Assembly: GCA_002269645.1 (NCBI GenBank)
Contig: NIVC01002258.1
Span: 1 to 64,000 of the forward strand
Source of the DNA: Macrostomum lignano
Taxonomy: Eukaryota
Reading direction: 5' to 3'
DNA length: 64,000 bases
Each line of letters begins with the position of its first letter. The first letter of the stretch is position 1. Below, piece by piece: positions 1 to 11,700 of this stretch. Under the pieces are notes generated by a model. It worked only from the letters and a program-made list of their open reading frames with translations, did no database searches and was not told the DNA's origin. The position numbers and the translations under genes were made by a program.

Positions 1-527
1 TCACCAGGTAGGCCACGTTCAAGTCACTTTTAGTTTTGCATTGAGGACATTCGATCAGAAAAACAGTTCGATCTGGTCACCGCTCTGTGGCGAAAAAAAT
101 TTCGTGATAATCGGCTTAACATCTGCGCTGAAGTCCACTGAGATCTCGTCCATGGCTGCTGCTGACAGAATCACATTCTTGGTTCTCGTAGCCCCCCGGA
201 CTCAACAAAGTATCGGACGCATTGCTGAGCTGGTAGACTGAAATTCGCATGGCTTTCACTAGGGGACGCGACTTCGGCGTCAGATGGACGCTCATGCTCA
301 GCTTAGTAATGCGCTGCTCGCTGATGGACCTGTCAATTATGAAGCTCCAACCATGGTGCTCCCTGCCTGCCAGATCTTGAATCGTCTCTGTGGGATTTTA
401 GCGATATCTCATCAGCTACTGAGAATAATGCGAGAAAGATTCAAGTTTCTCAGTTGATAATTGCCCTTCTAGCTCCTGCCTACATGTACCTGCTAGGAGG
501 AAAGCTGGCTCGTAAATGAAAACCATG
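1..527 (-). pseudogene. Possible decayed or frameshifted coding sequence, unidentified; runs off the window edge
   Basis: One minus frame reads MVFIYEPAF...HYSQ*LMRYR*NPTETIQDLAGREHHGWSFIIDRSISEQRITKL...LLSPGG with two stops. Single-base slips in homopolymers (~192-197 and ~59-63) continue it as ATRTKNVILSAAAMDEISVDF...ELFFLIECPQCKTKSDLNVAYLV. No family recognised; could be chance. Confidence 0.25.
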
Positions 528-725
528 GAACAGATTGAGATCTTTGATAGTAGTTAAGAGACAAAGCCTCTTGTTTAAGTAGTTTCGTATTCGGGGCTGG
601 TCCACTCAGTTGGTCCACCTGTCGAGACGGGAATGTCCTAATTAGTTCCAATTACGTGTCGATTCGAAATTCTTCGAGCACTAGACACTAATGACCACCT
701 CTGCAAGGAGTGCCCATATGTCTCT

Positions 726-731
726 TTTATT
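726..731 (-). terminator. Polyadenylation signal AATAAA of the orphan gene
   Basis: Plus-strand TTTATT 24 nt downstream of the stop codon. Confidence 0.55.
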
Positions 732-754
732 CCTAAACTGTCGTTTTGACAAAG

Positions 755-1372
755 TCAACCGCCCGTCCTTGCCACACTGTATAACCTTAACAGTTGGTTT
801 CTTTCATGGCCCAAAGGCAACTTTAATAGGGTAGCAACTAAAAACTTACTTGGCGTTCCGATAAAGATGGACTCCTCAAACTTGCGCGTCATTGGCCTCG
901 CGTTCCACTTGTACACGCGCGTTAAAATGGCATCCGGTATGCGCGTGAGGAGGTCCTCTTTCTCGCTGACATCTAGCAGTACGTCACCCTTGCTGATGCC
1001 CAGGTTTTCGTACAGTAGATTAGTGACCCTGTCCGACATTGATTGCTGCTTTAAATAGACGCCCATATAAGCATCGCGCAGAAACTTCCGCCACGTACTG
1101 ACGGTCATGTTGGAGAGTCCTTCGTACTTCAGGTTAATCCGACGTAGTTCTTCCCTGATGATGTCGCTAATCACTCGGCCATCCTTAGTTGTCCCCGCAT
1201 TCGAGTAAAATTCCTTGTGCAGAAATGACACGGCGTCCTCCTCCGTGCTGCTGCTCACTAGAGGCTCCGGAGTGGCGAATGTTGTTGGCGCTGGCGCAGA
1301 GTCAGCGCAGAGCAGGCAGCCGCACAGGCAGATGGCGGCGGCCAAGCACAGGCAACGGGAACTCAGAGACAT
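755..1372 (-). CDS. Intronless secreted orphan protein, 205 aa
   Basis: Clean ORF with a hydrophobic Cys/Ala/Leu signal peptide (MSLSSRCLCLAAAICLCGCLLCADS) and natural composition. TATAAA upstream (1437-1442) and AATAAA 24 nt past the stop (726-731). No recognisable domain. Confidence 0.8.
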   Translation of the reverse strand: MSLSSRCLCLAAAICLCGCLLCADSAPAPTTFATPEPLVSSSTEEDAVSFLHKEFYSNAGTTKDGRVISDIIREELRRINLKYEGLSNMTVSTWRKFLRDAYMGVYLKQQSMSDRVTNLLYENLGISKGDVLLDVSEKEDLLTRIPDAILTRVYKWNARPMTRKFEESIFIGTPSKFLVATLLKLPLGHERNQLLRLYSVARTGG

Positions 1373-1436
1373 GACTTTTTGCTGTCGAATTGGGGTTTGT
1401 TTCCAATTTGGTTAAAGCAACGTTCCTAACAGCTCA

Positions 1437-1442
1437 TTTATA
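1437..1442 (-). promoter_or_regulatory. TATA box of the secreted orphan gene
   Basis: TATAAA on the minus strand ~65 nt upstream of the ATG at 1372. Confidence 0.55.
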
Positions 1443-2197
1443 ATGACAGAATCTGAGGCTCAGAAATAGTTAACTTACCGTTCGAATTCGAGACAGGTTT
1501 GGTCGGACAAACAAAACGAACCGCCGCACCAGTGGAACAAGCGTGAGAGCAGTGGGTCCTCGCCGCGGCCGCCAACTGGTCGAGTTTTTATAGACGATCG
1601 GGACCCAGGAGGTGTTGGCGTTGATTGAAGAGAGGGGGGCTTGGAGTGGGCAGGGAGGCAAGCAGTCGCAAATAGAGACGGACTGCGGTTGGAGGCTGGG
1701 TTCAACCAACCCCAGTTCGATCTCCCCGAAAAAAAATCGCTGCATTCCTTAATAGCTTCAACCCCGAGCTGCCGTACTCTGCATGAATTCGCGACCAATA
1801 AGTCATTCTGGATGGCTAACATTTACAGGGCAGCAGATTTTTGCATCATTCGCACCGGCCCTAAATTCCAGCTTCGAATTCTTGCGCATTCCAGGGTTCC
1901 ACCTTTCACTCGGAAAAAAAGAGTTTACATACTACTGCTTTGTTGCTAAATCAGTAATATATACTGATTAAATTGTAGATAGCTTTGCATGAAATTCCGG
2001 TCGAACCAATTTGGCTTATTTGCCTATATTCTAAACAGCACTTTTGCGATTAGGGCTTGTTGTTTCGACCGGTTTATTAGTTTCTTAGTTTCTTAGGTTT
2101 CTATGATTTCTAGGTTTCTTAGAAAAAGTATAAGGAAAAGAAAAAAAGGGAAAAGAAATAAGGAAAGCTTGCCAGGGATTGAGCTGGCAAGTTCGAA

Positions 2198-2270
2198 GAA
2201 AATCGGTCAAGCCTTTTGGGAGATAATCGATTGCGTACAAGCAAGCAAGATTTTCATTTTTAGTATATGG
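2198..2270 (+). repeat. Dispersed repeat end, copy 1 (possibly a non-autonomous Helitron-like element)
   Basis: GAAAATCGGT(C/T)AAGCC...TAATCGATT...(CAAG)n ATTTTCATTTTTAGTATAT is shared with 13148-13225. Confidence 0.5.
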
Positions 2271-2941
2271 ATTGTTTTCAGATTTAATAGCCATTCTACT
2301 CGCCTAAAGAATTATTAACCTAGCATTGCCTACTACTAGTAGTATAAGAATGCGTACCAAATAAATGTGAGATTACTATGTACTCGTAAAATAACTCAAA
2401 GGAAGGATTTACTGTACAACAAAACAGTAAATTTCTTATTTAATTGGGCAACGCACGACGGCCTTTCCGCTCCAATTAATGAAGATTTTAGGATCAAGCA
2501 ACCTATAATCTTGAAGCTGATCTGAAGCAGCCTCTCACATAGACATAGGCACATACACTTGGGGTGTATTAGGCTCATCTCATTGGCATTAAGACAGAGG
2601 TAAAATTCGGATTTTTTCTAAACTTGCAGCTACAGCTCGGAGTGTCACGAGGCATAAATAAATTGACAATCGGAGAGAATTCAATGCGGTCCGATTCCCA
2701 CATATGCATTCCATATTCTACATATACATGAATTTGGGTTAATCCTAGGGGAAATTCCTAGGGGGGATCCTAGAACTCTAGGAGCAATCCAAGCTAGCCA
2801 AGGGGCAACTAAACGGGGAATTATAGGGACATGCATGCCCACCTTCGAAATTTCACCTGGCCGTACGTGCGACTTACTTTTTGATCAAAAAATGCGACTT
2901 ACCTATGAAAGAAAGCAAAAATGAGCTGGTAACGTAATTTT

Positions 2942-3005
2942 GAGTAAGCGGCAAGAGTAACTATAACTGTATTATAAAGGTTAAATGCCTCGTCATCTAA
3001 TTAGT
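2942..3005 (+). pseudogene. ~64-bp diverged 28S rDNA fragment spanning the R2 / I-PpoI target region
   Basis: 2983-3005 AAATGCCTCGTCATCTAATTAGT is an exact 23-nt match to the conserved eukaryotic 28S sequence as I recall it. Upstream GAGTAAGCGGCAAGAGTAACTATAACT aligns to GGGTAAACGGCGGGAGTAACTATGACT. Isolated, with no other rDNA around it. Confidence 0.75.
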
Positions 3006-3054
3006 ACTCCGTGTGTATTTTTTCGGGTCAGCGTTTTCGCGACTTACCTTGGCC

Positions 3055-3584
3055 AGACCTCTTGGCCCAGGCTGTCCCCTGTCCTTCCTCCGCCCTGCGC
3101 AAGACCCTGCTTGGACTCAACCGCATGGACATCAGGGCGGTGACCATGGCCCTCTCGGCTCATGGCTGTTTTGCCAGGCATCGCTACCTCCAGGGAAAAA
3201 TCCGCAGTGGGAATGCCCATTCTGCCTCTCCGGTGTCGAGAATGCGGAGCATTTCATCTGTGAATGCCCCGCCTTTGCTCAGGACAGGCTCACCTACCTC
3301 GGCCCAAACCCGGACCTTTCCGACGTTTTCAGGCCCGAGAATCTCTGCCAGCTCGTCCGCTACCTAAGGGCTTACCGGGCGAGCGACAGTCCACCTCCTG
3401 GACTCTCCGGGGGGGGGGACACCGCGCTGCGGACACCGGCACCACCAGAACTCCCTGCGCGACACCGCAGCACTAGCTGCCCGTGGTTGCCAGGGCTTAG
3501 CGAAATGGGTGGCAACGCCTCCTCGCTGTTTCCGGACGCACGGAACCCCCTGCAGCTAGCTAAGTCAAGACCTCTTGGCCCAGG
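3055..3584 (+). mobile_element. 5'-truncated non-LTR retrotransposon (R1/LOA-type C-terminus plus 3' UTR) with a 17-bp target-site duplication
   Basis: [29 protein letters not shown], then after a 1-nt frameshift (~3210) the CCHC knuckle [21 protein letters not shown]...LVRYLRA. The direct repeat AGACCTCTTGGCCCAGG lies at 3055-3071 and 3568-3584. Confidence 0.85.
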
Positions 3585-4935
3585 GTGTTGGGCATGTATG
3601 TTCTAGGGAGAGGGAAGTCTATGGAGGGAAATTCTAGGGAATCACGAAGGGATCGGTGAGTCAATTCTCGGCAACCGGCTGGGGCGAGATGCGGTGAAAA
3701 AAGTTACTGGGTGGAATGGGGAGCAATGGGCACTTAAAAACAGAATTCGTGAATCGTGGGCCTCTAGATTCGGGTGGAGGCCGTTATTATCTCAGTAAAA
3801 GTTTTTAATGGATTTGGGCAAATAATAGACTATACTATACTATGTATACGCAATAAATATCAAATTAATTATCAGCACTATACTCGTATTTTCGCTATCA
3901 ACTTTATCGCCTTCATTTTGACCGTGGTTTTCGGCTTTTAAACTAAAGTAAATAAACGAAGCGTGCTGCCGTTGAATATAATTATTATCTAATTACTAAT
4001 AGAATAAATTTAATAACCACACAGGTAAATAATTTAATTCAACAAATGATTCAATGGAATGCAAGTCTAATTAGATTTATCAAACATTGATAACATAATT
4101 TATCGATTCTACGTTTTGAAGCGAATAAGGTCACAAGTGTGTATTTTATGTGACGAGCATTTGATCTTTTAAGTCAAAAAAGATCTGATTCGATAGCCTC
4201 TAAATCTAAAGATGCAGTCAACGACAGTTCCAGACCAATGTTGTGATTATTGATTAGTGCAATTATTAATCGGTCGAGTCAGTGCGTGATTTTATAAAAA
4301 AAACCATGACTTCCATTAAATGCTCGTAAACGAAACTCAACTGCACTACTACTAATAGTGCCCGTGTCGGTCTGTCATTTAGCATTTTTACTTGCGATAG
4401 GCTACTTTATTGTAGCATTGTCAATCGCCAAGCCATTGGCATTGGCATTGCAGCCGCAGATAAACTGCAGCACGCAGAAGTAGCATTTATTTCAACAATT
4501 GTCCGATATAAAAAATTACAGATTACAGAAAGAAAAAAAACGAGACATTATCACTTCGGTCAGTGGCGTAGCCAGACCAGAGTTTTAATCTAGTTCTAGG
4601 GGCTGTCACTGTCACAATCAAAGTTTTCAACGTAGCGACACTGACAGGGCAGACAGACACCAAATTATCGGGCCAACGCCGCTTTGAGGTCGAGCGTCGG
4701 TATGTAAATTCAGATAAACAACCAGTGAATTCACAAAAAAAGCGCAAGTTAAGTAACTAGCAGGCGACATCTTGTTTGGTCTATTATGGGTGGGTACAGA
4801 CAGATACTTTGTTGAGCACAGAGGCCACACTGGCATTCACCGCGTGCCTTATTTATCTGCTGTGCAAGTCAGGAATTCGAAGAGTAACCGTGCTAGAAAG
4901 CTAGCAGTGTTCAAGTCCCAAGAGCTAAGCTTGAA

Positions 4936-6522
4936 AGACTGTATAGTAAAGCATAGCATAAGCTTGACGTTTCCTCTTCGACTTCCAGACTAGAAGCGTA
5001 TAACAGAATAAGGCCAGCAGTAGATACCAAAGCAGCATCTAACAGCGCGACAAGAGACAAGCCAGGCCAGGGAGAGGACAATTGGAACTTAAGAAGAGCC
5101 ATGAAGGCATGATTCAGTTTCAAAACTTACCCGATTTTGAATCTCGGGTCTTGGAAGAGCTTCAGTCAAATAAATGAGGACGCGAAGGACATAAGATAAG
5201 AAGGGCAGTCCCACAACGAAAAAGTTGGAGGCCCTCGTCTGCTAAGGTTCCTCTCTTTATTTAGCTTTGAAAATGGGGAGGGAGGGTGGGGAGGTCAACC
5301 CTGGCGTGAGAGTTAAAGGAGGATAGGAGGGAGGGGTGAATATAGAAAAACGCGGCCGGGCCTGGGTCTGGGGGATGGAGTATGGGGCATGGGTCGTTGT
5401 CTTGAACAAAATTATCGATCGAGAAGGATAGCGTGGGGGGTTGGGGAGCCGTGCGCACATTGAGACTTAGCCCACCCTCCCGGGGGGGGGGGGGAGAAAG
5501 GCCCATCGTAGAAAGACCTCATAGCATTTGGGGGCCCCGTTTAAGGTGGGGAGGTTTTGCATGTGGTTGGTTGAAAGGTTTGGGGCTTGGGGCCATCCTA
5601 TCTTTGTGTGGTTGTTGGACCGTGGGCCGTGGCTGGCCCTTTTCTTTCTCAGAACCTGTGTTAGTGTGTGCAAGTGCAGTAAATGCATTGCTATAGATTT
5701 AGATAGGCCTAACTATCAAGCAGTCTCATCTCATCCATGCATTGCATTTAAGGATAGCTATTTACTTTCTAGTGTGCTCTGCCTCTAAGCTCTAACTCTA
5801 ACCAATCCAGCCTCGAGCTCTCCCTCCTATGCTCCTCTTCCCCGACTCCTCAGTCCTCAGTCCTCACGACTCCTCAGTGTCCTCACTCTCACATTTTTCT
5901 CACGAAAGACGAAGGGAAAAGAACGGAACGGAAAGAAGCTCTTCCTCTGCACTGCACCGCACGGTCCTCGGACATCGACTCCTCAATCCTATTCCTAATA
6001 CTATTCCCTTCGTGCTGTGCAGTGACAGTGATGTCGCCTGGTTCGATTCTATCTATCTCGTTTATTTCGTCTGCTTTGCTTTATTTCTTAATTATTTGCT
6101 TCTATGCCGGCTATGCGGTATTGCATGCAGATGCAAAATGCAATGCATGCTGGGTCTGGGTGATATTGATAGGTTGGCTTGGGCTGGGACGTTGGGACTT
6201 GGGAGCTGGGCGTCGGGACTGGGGAGGAATCCTTTTTCCCCATTTCATTCTTGCTTTTACTGTCTCATCTCATCCCCATTCATCAATAAGACAATAACAC
6301 ATCATTAGACATCAACAGCCTCCGGCTCCGGTCCGTTTCCTGATCTCTCTTCGTGTCTGATTCTATTTCTATGGGTCTTTCTATTGTCTCTTGTCGCGCT
6401 GTTAGATGCTGCTTTGGTATTGGTATCCACTGCTGGCCTTATTCTGTTATACGCTTCTAGTCTGGAAGTCGAAGAGGAAACGTCAAGCTTATGCTATGCT
6501 TTACTAAATTACTATACAGTCT
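4936..6522. mobile_element. ~1.6-kb non-coding element with ~125-bp terminal inverted repeats (MITE/foldback-like)
   Basis: 4936-5060 is the near-perfect reverse complement of 6384-6522; the right arm has two small duplications (TGGTAT, AAATTACT). No convincing internal ORF and no clear TSD. Confidence 0.7.
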
Positions 6523-6789
6523 AATATCCAACGGCATAGGTAAAACTGGAAGCACGAGAGTTCCCCGCTGATATTTGCCGGTTTGCCCGCCGCAGCGAAG
6601 TTTTCCTGCCGAGATTCTCCCGCCCAGTTTTTTCCCGCCGAGGTTTTAGTTTCAGTGCCGTTCTAGAGCCCCTAAAATCTACTGCTTTTATTTTTTCTGC
6701 CTTCTGCCGCAAAATCATAAAGTAAAAATGCGTTGTAAATTTATTAACATACATATTATTGTTAACTTATGTGCGTAAGTGGTAGAGCC

Positions 6790-7140
6790 GTCGGCGACTG
6801 GTTGACGAATGACGACTGAATGCTCGAGAGGATATTTAGAAGTTAAGGCTTGCCTATTGTCAAGGCTTAATCAGAGAAACTTAAGAAATTCGCAATAAGG
6901 GTGTTCACTGTTCATGAATCATGACTCCGTAGTCAACCCAATGCCATCTGTTGTAGATCCACAATCCACATGCTCGGCTTGGGTGAAGACCAGTGACCAA
7001 CGAACTCAGAGCTGTGATGCAGACACATTTGGTCGACGTGCTGATGAAAGCATGCAGGCTTAGCAATTAAGGCCACACCGAGGCGCAGTGCTGATTGACG
7101 CACATGGTTGTATTGAATACACTAGCGCTTATGGGAAAAA
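6790..7140 (+). repeat. Unclassified dispersed repeat, copy A
   Basis: Homologous to 23625-23895 (inverted) and 24060-24400 (direct). Shared strings include GAAGTTAAGGCTTGC, TGGGTGAAG..AGTGACCAACGAA and CTAGCGCTTATGGGAAA. Confidence 0.7.
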
Positions 7141-7254
7141 TCTGACCTTATAGTAGAATCGTCGAATATCTCGACGCTCCGGAGGGCTGGTGACTTAGTT
7201 CTTGTTTGAGAAAGTGCGCAACAAAAATTAGTCCGTACTAGCAATCTACGCCCC

Positions 7255-8700
7255 CCGTTGGGGAGCCAAAGAAATGCAATACACGTTTTTTTAATAAGCT
7301 ACATGTAGCCTTGAAATCTTAAAAAATCTACTGTCAAACTTCTAGCCCTAACCAAAACCCTAAATTCAATATTCTGTCTATGAGTTTTTGCATGATCGAT
7401 GCTTCTATGATTTTTGGCATGACGCTTCCATTGTTTTTGCATGACGCTTCCATTATTTTTGCATGATGCTTCCATGATAAACATTCTTAATAAGGTACAT
7501 GAGCTAAGTTATAAGCTCCTTAACCCTAACCCTAACCCAAATCTTAACATAATAACCCTGAACCTAACCTTAAACCTAAACCCTAATACCAACCCTAACA
7601 CTAACCCTACAGCCTGACATCTGCATAAGTTTGTGAAGTGCTAGTAGTATTTTTTAGCTTAGTATCTTAGCGTTAGGGAGCCAAAAATGCAGTACAAGTT
7701 TTGTAATAAACTACATGTAGCATCTCTTAGCAACATACCTCAGAATTGTCCCTTGTAAGCCTTGAAATGTCAGTAATTCCCCCCACAAGCTTTAACAAAT
7801 CAACTTCCCCCCTTGACATCTCAGCGATGCCCCCAAAAAGCCTTGAAATCTAAAAAAATCTGTCAACCTTCTAACCCTAACCCTAACCCTAGCCCAACCC
7901 TAACCCTAACCCTAACCCTAACCCTAACCCTAACCTAACCCTAAAGCATTGAAATTTCAGTTTTCTGAGTCATTATAGCACTACTACAGCATTATAGCGA
8001 TTCCCTGCAAGCCTCGACATCGTAGGGACTCCCAAATGAATCTCTTAACTTCGACATGAAGCTTCTTTTATTTTTACATTACGCTTTTCTATCAGCGAGC
8101 CCTGAGGAGTCAACAAATAATGTAATAAAAAGTTTTCAATAAACTACATGTAGCTTCTGACTTAAGCCTTGAAATCTCATTTATACCCCCGTGAGCCTTG
8201 ACATGTCAGCGATGCCCCCATAAATCTTGAAATCTAAAAAATCCCTTGTTAACCTTGAAACCCGATAAAATATAACCCTCAACCCACACTTGACCTAAAC
8301 CTAACTTTAACCCAACCTAAAGCCTTGAAATCTCAGCAATTCTTCTCCCTAAGCCTTGGAATTTTAGTGATTCCTTCTTTAAGAATCACAGCACTATAAC
8401 GATTTCCACCAAGCTTTGACATCGTAGCAATTCCCAAATGAATCTTTTAACTTCGACATGACTTTTCTTTTATGTATACTTAGTGCTACTTTTATTTTTT
8501 ACATGACTCTTCTTCTATCAGCGCCTCCCCCCGTGGCGAGCCAACAAAGAATGTAATAAAAAAATGAGTAAAGTACATGAACTTTGAAGTAGCTTCTAAC
8601 TTTTGCTTTGACATCTCAGAAACCCCCCCTGTAATCTCAGTTATTCTCTGTGAGCCTTGACGTCTCAGTAATTCTCCCCAGCACAGCATTATAGCTGCAT
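7255..8700 (+). repeat. Old diverged ~420-430-bp tandem repeat carrying telomere-like (CCCTAA)n tracts
   Basis: Markers GAGCCAA...AATG(C/T)AAT recur near 7261, 7677, 8110 and 8540. GCCTTGAAATCT recurs. CCCTAA-like runs occur at ~7520-7607, 7871-7944 and ~8270-8320. Confidence 0.55.
7871..7944 (+). repeat. Interstitial telomeric-type repeat (CCCTAA)n, ~12 units
   Basis: Direct reading: ctaaccctaaccctaaccctagcccaaccctaaccctaacc... Confidence 0.85.
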
Positions 8701-8794
8701 TTAATTTTTACATGACACCTTCATGTCTGACATGACGCTTCCTTTATTCTACCATGATGCTTCTTAATTTTTTAAATGACACTTTCATTAGTCT

Positions 8795-11700
8795 TTAAAT
8801 GAGGCTTCTATGATTTTTCATGACGCTTCTATGATTTTTACATGATGCTTCTATGATTGTTTATATGACGCTTCTATGCTTTTTACATGACGCTTCTATG
8901 ATTGTCTACATGACGCTTCTATGCTTTTTCCATGACGCTTCTATGATTTTTACATGACGCTTCTATGCTTTTTAGATGACGCTTCTATGATTGTTTATAT
9001 GACGCTTCTATGGTTTTTACATGACGCTTCTATGATTTTTTACATGACGCTTCTATGATTGTCTACATGACGCTTCTATGATTGTCTACATGACGCTTCT
9101 ATGCTTTTTCCATGACGCTTCTATGATTGTTTACATGACGCTTCTATGCTTTTTAGATGACGCTTCTATGATTGTTTATATGACGCTTCTATGCTTTTTA
9201 CATGATGCTTCTATGATTGTTTATATGACGCTTCTATGCTTTTTACATGACGCTTCTATGATTGTCTACATGACGCTTCTATGCTTTTTCCATGACGCTT
9301 CTATGATTGTTTACATGACGCTTCTATGCTTTTTAGATGACGCTTCTATGATTGTTTATATGACGCTTCTATGATTTTTACATGACGCTTCTATGATTTT
9401 TTACATGACGCTACTATGATTTTTACATGACGCTTCTATGATTTTTTACATGACGCTTCTATGATTGTCTACATGACGCTTCTATGCTTTTTCCATGACG
9501 CTTCTATGATTGTTTACATGACGCTTCTATGCTTTTTAGATGACGCTTCTATGATTGTTTATATGACGCTTCTATGATTTTTACATGACGCTTCTATGAT
9601 TTTTTTACATGACGCTACTATGATTTTTACATGACGCTTCTATGATTTTTTATATGACGCTTCTATGATTGTTTATATGACGTTTCTATGCTTTTTATAT
9701 GACGCTTTTTTATGATTGTTTACACGACGCTTCTATGATTGTTTACATGACGCTTCTATGATTTTTTACATGACGCTTCTTTGATTTTTACATGACGCTT
9801 CTATGATTGTTTACATGACGCTTCTATGATGTTTATATGACGCTTCTATGATTTTTTAAATGACGCTTCTATGATTTTTACATGACGCTTCTATGATTGT
9901 TTACATGACGCTTCTATGATTTTTACATGACGCTTCTATGATGTTTATATGACGTTTCTATGCTTTTTACATGACGCTTCTTCGATTTTTTACATTACGC
10001 TTCTATGATTGTTTACATAACGCTTCTATGATTTTTTACATAACGCTTTTTTATGATTGTTTACACGACGCTTCTATGATTGTTTACATGACGCTTCTAT
10101 GATTGTTTACATGACGCTTCTATGATTGTTTACATGACGCTTCTTTGATTTTTACATGACGCTTCTATAATTGTTTACATGACGCTTCTATGATGTTTAT
10201 ATGACGCTTCTATGATTTTTTACATGACGCTTCTATGATTTTTACATGACGCTTCTATGATGTTTACATGACGCTTCTATGATTTTTTTAAATGACGCTT
10301 CCATGATTGTTTACATGACGCTTCTATGATTTTTACATGACGCTTCTATGATTTTTACATGACGCTTCTATGATTGTTTACATGACGCTTCTATGATCGT
10401 TTATATGACGCTTCTATGATTGTTTATATGACGCTTTTATGATTTTTTACATGACGCTTCTATGACTTTTTAGATGACGCTTCTATGATTGTTTACATGA
10501 CGCTTCTTTGATTTTTACATGACGCTTCTATGATTGTTTACATGACGCTTCTATGATTTTTACATGACGCTTCTATGATTTTTTACATAACGCTTTTTTA
10601 TGATTGTTTACACGACGCTTCTATGATTGTTTACATGACGCATCTATGATTGTTTACATGACGCTTCTATGATTTTTTACATGACGCTTCTTTGATTTTT
10701 ACATGACGCTTCTATGATTGTTTACATGACGCTTCTATGATGTTTATATGACGCTTCTATGATTTTTTAAATGACGCTTCTATGATTTTTACATGACGCT
10801 TCTATGATTGTTTACATGACGCTTCTATGATTTTTACATGACGCTTCTATGATGTTTATATGACGTTTCTATGCTTTTTACATGACGCTTCTTCAATTTT
10901 TTACATTACGCTTCTATGATTGTTTACATAACGCTTCTATGATTTTTTACATAACGTTTTTTATAATTGTTTACACGACGCTTCTATGATTGTTTACATG
11001 ACGCTTCTATGATTGTTTACATGACGCTTCTATGATTGTTTACATGACGCTTCTTTGATTTTTACATGACGCTTCTATAATTGTTTACATGACGCTTCTA
11101 TGATGTTTATATGACGCTTCTATGATTTTTTACATGACGCTTCTATGATTTTTACATGACGCTTCTATGATGTTTACATGACGCTTCTATGATTTTTTTA
11201 AATGACGCTTCCATGATTGTTTACATGACGCTTCTATGATTTTTACATGACGCTTCTATGATTTTTACATGACGCTTCTATGATTGTTTACATGACGCTT
11301 CTATGATCGTTTATATGACGCTTCTATGATTGTTTATATGACGCTTTTATGATTTTTTACATGACGCTTCTATGACTTTTTAGATGACGCTTCTATGATT
11401 GTTTACATGACGCTTCTATGATTTTTACATGACGCTTCTATGATTGTTTACATGACGCTTCTATGATTTTTACATGACGCTTCTATGATTGTTTACATGA
11501 CGCTTCTATGATTTTTACATGACGCTTCTATGATTTTTACATGACGCTTCTATGATTTTTACATGACGCTTCTATGATTGTTTACATGACGCTTCTATGA
11601 TCGTTTATATGACGCTTTTATGATTGTTTATATGACGCTTTTATGATTTTTTACATGACGCTTCTATGATTTTTACATGACGCTTCTATGATTTTTTACA

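Noticed and set aside
2980-3071. LINE inserted ~75 bp downstream of the R2-site equivalent, like the R1 site in true 28S
   Set aside because: Sequence after 3005 no longer resembles 28S, so the spacing is probably coincidental.
5829-6308. 159-aa ORF inside the TIR element
   Set aside because: Low-complexity composition with no transposase or RT motifs.
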